Notes under the pieces: model-generated
What the model was told of the DNA's origin: nothing
Databases searched by the model: none
What the model saw: the letters and a program-made list of their open reading frames with translations, nothing else
IMG/VR virus record: IMGVR_UViG_3300047157_000171
DNA: 64,000 nt
Direction: 5' to 3' (one strand)
Source of the DNA: a virus
Made by a program: the position numbers and the translations under genes
Shown here: in pieces, positions 27,891-36,268 of the stretch
Layout of the letters: the number at the start of each line of letters is the position of its first letter
How positions within the stretch are numbered: position 1 is the first letter of the stretch

Positions 27891-29321
27891 ATGACACAAT
27901 ACCAACAATTAGCAGGTCTAATCGCAGGAAAGTTAAATTCGATAATTACGAAAGTTAACGTTAACACTGGTGATGTAGACGCTATCCAAGGAGGTTCATT
28001 AGATTCTAGATACTATACAGAGACAGAAGTTGATACATTCATCAGTAACTCCACTGCGACCACATTAAATTTTAATGCGGACAATGGAGTTTTTACGTTA
28101 ACAAAAGGAGACGGTTCTACAATCACAGTTGATTTAGACGGTAGGTTTACAGATAACGTTCATGCTGATGCAATGAACCAAGGAGTTGCTACTACAGATA
28201 CACCAAATTTTGTTGGTGTGCAGGTAGGGACATTAAATGTATCTGAATTGACAACGGACTTAGTTCCAGACACTGATTCAGCATTAGATTTAGGTGAAAC
28301 TGACAAACAATATAACGATTTATATTTATCGGGTCAGATTTACCAATCAGGTGTACCGATTCAATCGGGTGAAGCGAAACCTTTAGTTTATCATGAAAAC
28401 TTTACAGGTGACGGAACAACAACTGAATTTACAGTGTCTAAAACATTAACTTCGTTAATTATGACGGATATTAATGGTTTAGTTCAGGAAAAGGGTGAAG
28501 ATTTCACACATACAGATTATTCGAAAACTATAACATTTGCAAATGCACCACAATCGGGTGAAGTTGTACAGATAACTTATTTCTATGGTGGGTCAAAACC
28601 TATCATGAAGTATGAGACATTTACTGCTAACGGTACTAGTGATAGTATTACAGTAAGTGATTCGTTATCACAGGTTGTTTATGTTGAGATTAATGGTTTA
28701 GTACAACTTAAAGGTGATAACTACAACACAACAGGTAGTTTAATCGAATTTGAGGGTACTCCAACATCAGGTTCTGAAATCGCAGTACTTTACTACAACA
28801 CAGGTGACTCATCAGTATCGGGAACATCTAATAAACTTGCTAAATTTGGGGTTGACGGACTTTCAGTTGTCGACTCATTAATTAGCGAATCAGGAAATAC
28901 CGTTTCAATCACAGGAAACTTATTTGTTGGTGGTGATACTACCACAGTAAATTCAACAGAAGTTGAAATTGCTGATAAGGCAATCGTATTAGGAGCAGGA
29001 GCACAGTCTTCTGAACTTGCTGCGGCACCATCAGGGATAAAAATAGGTGATGAAGATTCTCCATTAGCATCTATTTTATATAATGGAAGTGTATGGAATT
29101 TTGACGGAGGTATCGGTTCTTCTACTGTAATTAATAAATCACAATCAATAACTTTCTCAGGAGACGTTAGTGGTTCTGGTACGATTACAAATTTAGGGGA
29201 TATTGAAATTACAAATATGGACTTTAATACATCGGCGTTAAGAACAGAAATGGACGACTACATCGGTACGTATATACAATTCCGTAATGATTTAAACACG
29301 GGATTAAACTCGTTAATATAA
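27891..29321 (+). CDS. Tail-fibre-like protein with two tandem beta domains
   Basis: Twice F(T)gdGTxxxFTV..NGLVQxKGxD(F/Y)..IxFxxxPxSGxx(V/I)xxxY; STEVEIADKAIVL motif typical of fibre proteins. Confidence 0.65.
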   Translation: MTQYQQLAGLIAGKLNSIITKVNVNTGDVDAIQGGSLDSRYYTETEVDTFISNSTATTLNFNADNGVFTLTKGDGSTITVDLDGRFTDNVHADAMNQGVATTDTPNFVGVQVGTLNVSELTTDLVPDTDSALDLGETDKQYNDLYLSGQIYQSGVPIQSGEAKPLVYHENFTGDGTTTEFTVSKTLTSLIMTDINGLVQEKGEDFTHTDYSKTITFANAPQSGEVVQITYFYGGSKPIMKYETFTANGTSDSITVSDSLSQVVYVEINGLVQLKGDNYNTTGSLIEFEGTPTSGSEIAVLYYNTGDSSVSGTSNKLAKFGVDGLSVVDSLISESGNTVSITGNLFVGGDTTTVNSTEVEIADKAIVLGAGAQSSELAAAPSGIKIGDEDSPLASILYNGSVWNFDGGIGSSTVINKSQSITFSGDVSGSGTITNLGDIEITNMDFNTSALRTEMDDYIGTYIQFRNDLNTGLNSLI

Positions 29322-29386
29322 AATGGTTGAGTTATCAACTACGTTTGGAAACAAACAAATAAATAAAATTAATAAACATTAAAAAA

Positions 29387-32300
29387 ATGGCATTAAGACA
29401 ATTAGGATTATTCCAACTTAATACGAACCCAGGAACACAAGAAATTGATTTAGGTACTACCGCTAATTTTCTTGATGAAATATTCGTTGATTCCATATCT
29501 GCAAACACCTATTTAGGTGACGGGTCTGGACTTACAATCGACGGTATCGATTCATTAGTAGATAGTCTTTCAATTGAAACTTCTGCAAGAACAGGGGCTG
29601 ACGCATCGTTAGCAACAAAAATTTCTACAGATGTTCAATCGGCAATCGACAACTTAGTAGATGGTGCACCAAGTGCGTTAGATACTTTAGTTGAGTTAGC
29701 ATCCAAAATCGGTGAAGGTTCTATTAGTGAAGCGAACATTGTTGCTGAGATTAACTCAGTAGGTGTACGTGTAACTAACGAAGCGGCAACAAGATTGTCG
29801 GCGGATGGTTCGTTGGCGACTTTGATTGGACAAGTTTCAACGGGTGCGTCTTCAAACTTAGCGTCTGAGATTCTACAAACTGGTAATGAAGTTAATTCGT
29901 TAACCACTAGAATTTCATCAGAAGAATCTGTTAGAGCAACACAAGTAACATCATTAGCTAATGAGATTACAGGTGAAGTTACTGCAGATTTAAATTCTGT
30001 TGATACAAGAATTACAGGTGTTGAGGGAGATTTAACTTCAGTAGAGACAAGACTGTCAACTGAAGAGTCTACTATGGTTGTTACCGTAAATAGTTTAGGT
30101 ACCGTAGTCGACGGAGACATATCGTCTGTAGTTACTAAGATAGGGGATGAAGAATCTGCTAGATTAGGGGCTGATAGTTCATTAGCGACATTAATTTCTA
30201 CGGAAGTAGTTAATAGAGCAAGTGAAGATAACACATTAGACGGTAAAATTACCACAGAGGCATCATCAAGAGTTGTTGCTGATAATTCTTTAGGTAATAG
30301 AATTGATACGTTAGAAAATAACCCGTATGACGATTCATCAATCAACACAAGAGTTGGTGGTGTCGAGTCAAGTGCGAGTTCTTTAGGGGCAAGAATTTCA
30401 TCTGAAGAAGTGGTTAGATTATCTAAGGATAATTCTATCGCAACAATAGCGGGACAAAATACTTCAAGTATCAATACGGCATCGACATCATTAACATCTA
30501 GAATTTCTATTGAAGAAAATGCTAGATTAACAGGTGTTAATTCTGTAAATGATAAAGTAGGTGTTGAAGCGTCAAGTAGAGTTGTAAAGGATGATTCATT
30601 AGATGCTAAAATAGATTCAGAAATATCAACACTTAAATTAGATGTTGAACAGAACGAATCAGATATTAGTGGTGAAGAAACAATAAGAATTCAGAAAGAT
30701 AACTCATTAGATAGTAAGATATCAACTGAAGTTGTTACTTTAGAGGCTAAAGACACCTCTTTAGCAACTAGAATAGGTGTTGAAGAAGGTGCAAGAGCAT
30801 CGTCTGACTCAGCATTAAGTAATGAGATTTCGGTTCAAGCATCAATGAGACAATCAGCGGATACGGCAATTTCAAGTCAATTAATATCAGATATTTCTGT
30901 ATTAGTTGATGCTGATGGTATTTTATCATCTGACATTGCTACTGAAGAATCTTTAAGATATTCGGCGGATGATTCATTAACAACTAGAGTTAGTAGTGTT
31001 GAATCAGAAGTTTCATCGAATAAAGCATCTACAGATACTAGAGTTTTAACGGTTGAAGGTCAAATAGGTGGTATCGATGTTGATATTACAGGTTTAACTT
31101 CAGGAGTTACTAGTTTAGATAGTAAAATTGATTCAGAAATTTCTTCTGAGGTCGCTGCAAGAAATTCAGCAATCGTTGTCGCTAAAGACGAAATCATTAA
31201 CGGTGCTGGTGACGCTTACAATACATTAAGTGAGTTACAAACTGCTTTAGAAGGTAACGACGGTGATATAACTACTATATTAACGGCACAAGGTTCTATT
31301 AATATTAGAATATCAACTGAAGAGTCTACTAGATTTTTAAAGGATAGTATATTAGAATCTGAAATTGATGGTAATAATAATTCGTTAGAAACTAGAATTT
31401 CTACTGAAGAAGTAGCAAGAGCAAACGGAGATTCTACATTAGGAACTTCATTAAACTCTGAAATTTCTTCAAGAGAATCAGCAGATTCATCACTTACGAT
31501 TAGAATATCGACTGAAGAAGCGGCAAGACAATCAGCAGTTACTGCGATTAACGAATCGGCTTACGATGATACATCTATCAATACAAGAGTTGGTGGTGTT
31601 GAATCAGATTTAACTTCTGAAATTAGTTCAGAGGCTTCATCAAGAGTGTTAGGTGATAATTCACTAAACACTAAGATTGGTTCAGTATCTACGGCATTAG
31701 CGTCAGAGATAGGTACAACAAACGGTGAAATCACATCATTAAACACAAGAGTTTCTAACGAAGAGAGTAATACTACGATAATAGAAAGTTCTTTAGTGGG
31801 TGTTGATACATCATTACATAGTAGAATTTCTTCTGAAGAAGTTACTAGAAGTTTAGCAGTAAGTTCATTACATGTTAAATCGGGTAACATCACGGGAGAT
31901 GTGACTTCTATAGCAAATAGAATACAATCTGAAGAGTCTACAAGACTATCAAGTGATAACATATTAACAGGTTCAGTTGGTTCAATCAATACGAGAGTTG
32001 CAACTGAAGAAGGTAAGTCGACATCATTAACAACGAGAGTTGGTAATGTAGAAAGTGATTTAACTTCAGAAGTTAATTCGGTTGACACAAGAATTGATAA
32101 TATTGAGGCGGCTGCTTACGATGATTCATCTATCAATACAAGAATTGGTGGTGTTGAATCAGACTTAACAACGGCTGAAGGTTCTTTAGAAACAAAAATA
32201 ACTGCAGAGGAGAGTTCAAGAGTATTAGGTGATTCATCACTTACTACTGTAATTAGTACTCTACAATCGGACTTAAATACTGAAATTGCATCTACAAATA

Positions 32301-35300
32301 CGGAGATGACATCTTTAGATACGAGATTATCTACGATTGAATTGGATGACGAAACTGTTGAGTCTTCATTAGAAACTAAAATTGGTGGTGTATCTGCTGA
32401 TTTAGCGTCTGAGGTTGGAGTAAGAGGTACGGCTGACACTTCATTAACGAATAGAATTGCTAGTGAAGAAACAAACAGAGTTTCTGCGGATTCATCTTTA
32501 GCTCTTTTAATCGGTGGTAACGCATCTGATATTAGTTCACTTAACGAATTATCGGGAGTGTCAATAACAGGTGATGTATTAAAAGTATCAGGTTCAAACC
32601 AAGAGTTTACTGTTGATTTGTCACAGTTTAACGACAATACAGACAATTATATAACAGGAGCGGCACTTTCAGGTGATGTATTAACATTATCAAGAGTATC
32701 AGGTTCTGTAACGGTAGATTTAGGTCAATATCAAACCTCATCAGAGGTGGCATCACAAATAGCAACGGCAATTACAGGTTACGCTACTGAGAGTTATGTT
32801 AATAGTGCAGTGGCACCATTAGCAGTAACAACGGCAGTATCTGCGGCTGACGCTTCATTAAATACTAAGATAGATTCTTTAGACTCAAGTTTAGATTCAG
32901 AGATTTCATCTAGAATTGAAAGTGAAGATTATGTTATCGGTGCTGCGATGTCTAATGACACATTAAAATTAACAAGAGCGAAAGGTGGTGTAGTATCAGT
33001 AGACCTGTCACAATTTATAGATGACACTGACACAGATAACTATATTACAGGAGCTGCGATATCAGGTGATATACTAACATTAAGTAGACAAAACGGAGAC
33101 GTTACGGTTAACTTAGGTCAGTATCAAACTTCTTCAGAAGTTGCATCACAGATTACTGCGGGTCTTGTAGGTTACGCTACTGAATCATATGTTGGTTCGG
33201 CAGTTTCACCTAAAGCGAATAAAACATATGTTGATTCACAAGACGCATCATTAGCGACTAGAATAGATTCAATTGATACGACAATCGCATCACACAATGA
33301 ATTAGACGGAACAAGTTTCGCAGCTAACATACTTACAGTTTCAGGTTCTGAGGCTGACTACTCAGTAGATTTAAGTTCATTAGCAACAGACGTAAATGTT
33401 TCTTCAGGTTCATACAATTCAACAACAGGTACGTTAACATTAACGAAATCTGACGGTGGAACTGTTGCGGTAAGTAACTTCTATGTAGATGTAAACGGAG
33501 ATAACTTTATCACGGGAGCAAGTGTAGTAGGTCAAAACTTAATCTTATCAAGACAAGGGTTAAGTGATATTACGGTATCTTTAGCTGGTTTTGTAACATC
33601 AGGTGAATTAACAACGGCAATTTCAGACTTCAAGTCAAGTTCAGCAATCGCAACTGATATATCATCAGCGGTGGCTACTGAAGCAGGAATCAGAAGTTCG
33701 GCTGACAACTCATTAGCAGTTGCCATATCAGCGGTACAATCAGATTTCGATTCAATACCTGAAGATGAAAATGATTATATTTCATCAGCGGCAATTGTAA
33801 GTAACGATTTAGTTATTACAAGAACTGACGGTGGGACAGTAACAGTTAGTTTAGCACAATTTATGGATGACACTAATACGGATAACTTCGTAACAGGTGC
33901 GTCTTTAGCGGGTGATACATTAACATTAACGAGAGACTCAGGTAACTCTATCACAGTTAACTTAGGTCAATATCAAACTTCTTCGGAAGTTGGTGGACAA
34001 ATAACATCAGCATTAGCGGGTTACGCTACTGAGAGTTATGTTGGTGGTGTAATTGCACCGTTAGCGGTAGCATCGGCAGTATCTACGGCAGATTCATCAT
34101 TGAACACTAAGATAGACTCTTTAGAATCAAGTTTAAATTCTGAGGTCTCGTCAAGAATAGCAACCGAAGATTATTTAGTCGGAGCTACAATGTCTAACGA
34201 CACATTAAAATTAACAAGAAACTTAGGTGGTATTGTAACAGTTGACTTAGGTCAATTTAAAGACAATACTGACAACTTCCTAACAGGAGCTTCTTTATCG
34301 GGTGATTTACTTACTCTAACAAGAAACTCAGGTGGTTCATTATCTGTTAACTTAGGACAATATCAAACATCGTCTGAAGTGGCATCACAGATAACCTCAG
34401 CAATTGCTAATTACGCTACTACATCATATGTTGATACTGCTGATACTTCATTGGCAAGTAAAATAACATCTGTAGACACAAGATTCGGTGGTTTACCATC
34501 TGAAGATTATGTAACAGGAGCGGTTATGTCTAACGACACATTAAAATTAACAAGAGCACAAGGTGGTGTTGTATCAGTAGACTTAAGTAGATATACTACG
34601 GCTTCTGAGTTAACATCGGCTTTATCTCCATACGCAACCTCAGCGGTTACTTCTACACAGATTTCATCAGGAATCCAAACAGAAACTAACAGAGCGGTTG
34701 GTAAAGAGAACTCATTAAATACAAGAATCGGTGATGTATCGACGGCTTTAGGAACTGAGATTGGAACAACAAATAGTGAAGTTACTTCATTACATACGAG
34801 AGTTGGTTCAGTATCAGCGGCAGCGTCGACGAATACTACGAATATAGGTTCAGTATCAACACTAACAGGAACATTAAGTTCAGATATCTCTACATTAGAG
34901 GCGTCTGGTTATGATGATTCATCTTTAGAGACAAGAATCTCAACAGAGGAATCGACAAGACTTGTTAAGGATAATTCATTAAATACTAAAGTTGGTTCAG
35001 TATCTACGGCAATTGCTAACGAGATTAATTCAACGAATGGTGACATCACATCATTAAACACGAGAGTGGGTAATGAAGAAAGTACGAGAAGTACTAAAGA
35101 CAGTTCATTAGCAACTGCTTTATCTGCGGAAACCGCAGCAAGAGTAGCTGGTGATAGTAGTTTAGGTTCACGTATTGATGGTGTAAATGAATTAGACGGG
35201 TTAGTATTCTCATCTAACGTTTTAACGGTAGGTGGTTCTGAAAGTGACTTCTCTGTAGATTTAGGAGTGTTAGCTTCTGATGTTACAGTAACAGGTGGTA

Positions 35301-36220
35301 CATATAACTCAGGAACACAAACGTTAAACTTAACTAAGAGTAATAATGATACAATCGCTATATCAGGATTCGCAATTGATACGGATACTGACAATTTTGC
35401 TGATTCAGTGTCATTCAATTCAACGAATGGTGTTTTAACTATTGGTAGAACAGGAACATTAGCTGACTTAAATGTTGATTTAGATGGTAGATACTTAGTA
35501 GATACCGTAGATAACAACAACTATGTAGATAGTGCAAGTTTCAATACTACTAACGGTGTCTTAACAATAGGAATGTCAGGTTCTTTAGCTGACATTAATG
35601 TTGACTTAGACGGAAGATTCACAGATAATGGTTACGCAGACGCAATGAACCAACATGTAAAAACTAACTCAGCGGTAACGTTTAGTACGGTTAATACAGG
35701 TCAGGGAGCGACTGAAGTATATTTAATGAATCAAAATGTTAGAACATCTGACACGGTAACATTCAATCAAGTTAACGCTAGTATTGGTGATATCGATGAA
35801 ATCAGAATTGATACTACAACGTTAACAAGTTCATTAGGTGTCTTATCTATAAACACTGATGTGGAAATCACAGGAGAATTAAGAGCAACAAGTAAGTCGT
35901 TCTTAATCGACCATCCTACTCAACCTAACATGATGTTACAATATGGTAACTTAGAGGGACCTGAGCATGGAGTCTACATTAGAGGTAAAGTAGGTGCTGA
36001 CGGTATGATTGAATTACCAGAATATTGGACTGAGTTAGTACATGAAGATTCTATAACAGTACAATTAACTGCTATTGGAGCACCAACAACACACTATGTT
36101 AAGTCTATTGAAGACAACAAAGTAGAAGTTGGTTCTGAAAGTGGTATAGTAAATGCTTTCTACACGATAAACGCTGAGAGAAAGGATGTTTATAAATTAA
36201 AAGTTGAATTTCCAGCTTAA
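29387..36220 (+). CDS. Giant tail fibre (2277 aa): coiled-coil shaft, repeated beta modules, C-terminal chaperone-like domain
   Basis: DGAPSALDTLVEL motif; 18-residue coiled-coil repeats; repeated DNYITGAxLSGDxLTLxR..VTVxLGQYQTSSEV modules; C-terminal KSFLIDHP..LEGPE.GVYIRG..LPEYW..SITVQLT..AERKDV. Confidence 0.85.
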   Translation: MALRQLGLFQLNTNPGTQEIDLGTTANFLDEIFVDSISANTYLGDGSGLTIDGIDSLVDSLSIETSARTGADASLATKISTDVQSAIDNLVDGAPSALDTLVELASKIGEGSISEANIVAEINSVGVRVTNEAATRLSADGSLATLIGQVSTGASSNLASEILQTGNEVNSLTTRISSEESVRATQVTSLANEITGEVTADLNSVDTRITGVEGDLTSVETRLSTEESTMVVTVNSLGTVVDGDISSVVTKIGDEESARLGADSSLATLISTEVVNRASEDNTLDGKITTEASSRVVADNSLGNRIDTLENNPYDDSSINTRVGGVESSASSLGARISSEEVVRLSKDNSIATIAGQNTSSINTASTSLTSRISIEENARLTGVNSVNDKVGVEASSRVVKDDSLDAKIDSEISTLKLDVEQNESDISGEETIRIQKDNSLDSKISTEVVTLEAKDTSLATRIGVEEGARASSDSALSNEISVQASMRQSADTAISSQLISDISVLVDADGILSSDIATEESLRYSADDSLTTRVSSVESEVSSNKASTDTRVLTVEGQIGGIDVDITGLTSGVTSLDSKIDSEISSEVAARNSAIVVAKDEIINGAGDAYNTLSELQTALEGNDGDITTILTAQGSINIRISTEESTRFLKDSILESEIDGNNNSLETRISTEEVARANGDSTLGTSLNSEISSRESADSSLTIRISTEEAARQSAVTAINESAYDDTSINTRVGGVESDLTSEISSEASSRVLGDNSLNTKIGSVSTALASEIGTTNGEITSLNTRVSNEESNTTIIESSLVGVDTSLHSRISSEEVTRSLAVSSLHVKSGNITGDVTSIANRIQSEESTRLSSDNILTGSVGSINTRVATEEGKSTSLTTRVGNVESDLTSEVNSVDTRIDNIEAAAYDDSSINTRIGGVESDLTTAEGSLETKITAEESSRVLGDSSLTTVISTLQSDLNTEIASTNTEMTSLDTRLSTIELDDETVESSLETKIGGVSADLASEVGVRGTADTSLTNRIASEETNRVSADSSLALLIGGNASDISSLNELSGVSITGDVLKVSGSNQEFTVDLSQFNDNTDNYITGAALSGDVLTLSRVSGSVTVDLGQYQTSSEVASQIATAITGYATESYVNSAVAPLAVTTAVSAADASLNTKIDSLDSSLDSEISSRIESEDYVIGAAMSNDTLKLTRAKGGVVSVDLSQFIDDTDTDNYITGAAISGDILTLSRQNGDVTVNLGQYQTSSEVASQITAGLVGYATESYVGSAVSPKANKTYVDSQDASLATRIDSIDTTIASHNELDGTSFAANILTVSGSEADYSVDLSSLATDVNVSSGSYNSTTGTLTLTKSDGGTVAVSNFYVDVNGDNFITGASVVGQNLILSRQGLSDITVSLAGFVTSGELTTAISDFKSSSAIATDISSAVATEAGIRSSADNSLAVAISAVQSDFDSIPEDENDYISSAAIVSNDLVITRTDGGTVTVSLAQFMDDTNTDNFVTGASLAGDTLTLTRDSGNSITVNLGQYQTSSEVGGQITSALAGYATESYVGGVIAPLAVASAVSTADSSLNTKIDSLESSLNSEVSSRIATEDYLVGATMSNDTLKLTRNLGGIVTVDLGQFKDNTDNFLTGASLSGDLLTLTRNSGGSLSVNLGQYQTSSEVASQITSAIANYATTSYVDTADTSLASKITSVDTRFGGLPSEDYVTGAVMSNDTLKLTRAQGGVVSVDLSRYTTASELTSALSPYATSAVTSTQISSGIQTETNRAVGKENSLNTRIGDVSTALGTEIGTTNSEVTSLHTRVGSVSAAASTNTTNIGSVSTLTGTLSSDISTLEASGYDDSSLETRISTEESTRLVKDNSLNTKVGSVSTAIANEINSTNGDITSLNTRVGNEESTRSTKDSSLATALSAETAARVAGDSSLGSRIDGVNELDGLVFSSNVLTVGGSESDFSVDLGVLASDVTVTGGTYNSGTQTLNLTKSNNDTIAISGFAIDTDTDNFADSVSFNSTNGVLTIGRTGTLADLNVDLDGRYLVDTVDNNNYVDSASFNTTNGVLTIGMSGSLADINVDLDGRFTDNGYADAMNQHVKTNSAVTFSTVNTGQGATEVYLMNQNVRTSDTVTFNQVNASIGDIDEIRIDTTTLTSSLGVLSINTDVEITGELRATSKSFLIDHPTQPNMMLQYGNLEGPEHGVYIRGKVGADGMIELPEYWTELVHEDSITVQLTAIGAPTTHYVKSIEDNKVEVGSESGIVNAFYTINAERKDVYKLKVEFPA

Positions 36221-36268
36221 GATGACTAAACATAATAACATAATAAATTTTAAAATTGATTCTTTGTA

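Noticed and set aside
22340-35100. Regularly spaced DNA repeats as a CRISPR array
   Set aside because: Repeats are in-frame, degenerate at third positions and encode protein repeats; no constant repeat with unique spacers and no cas genes.
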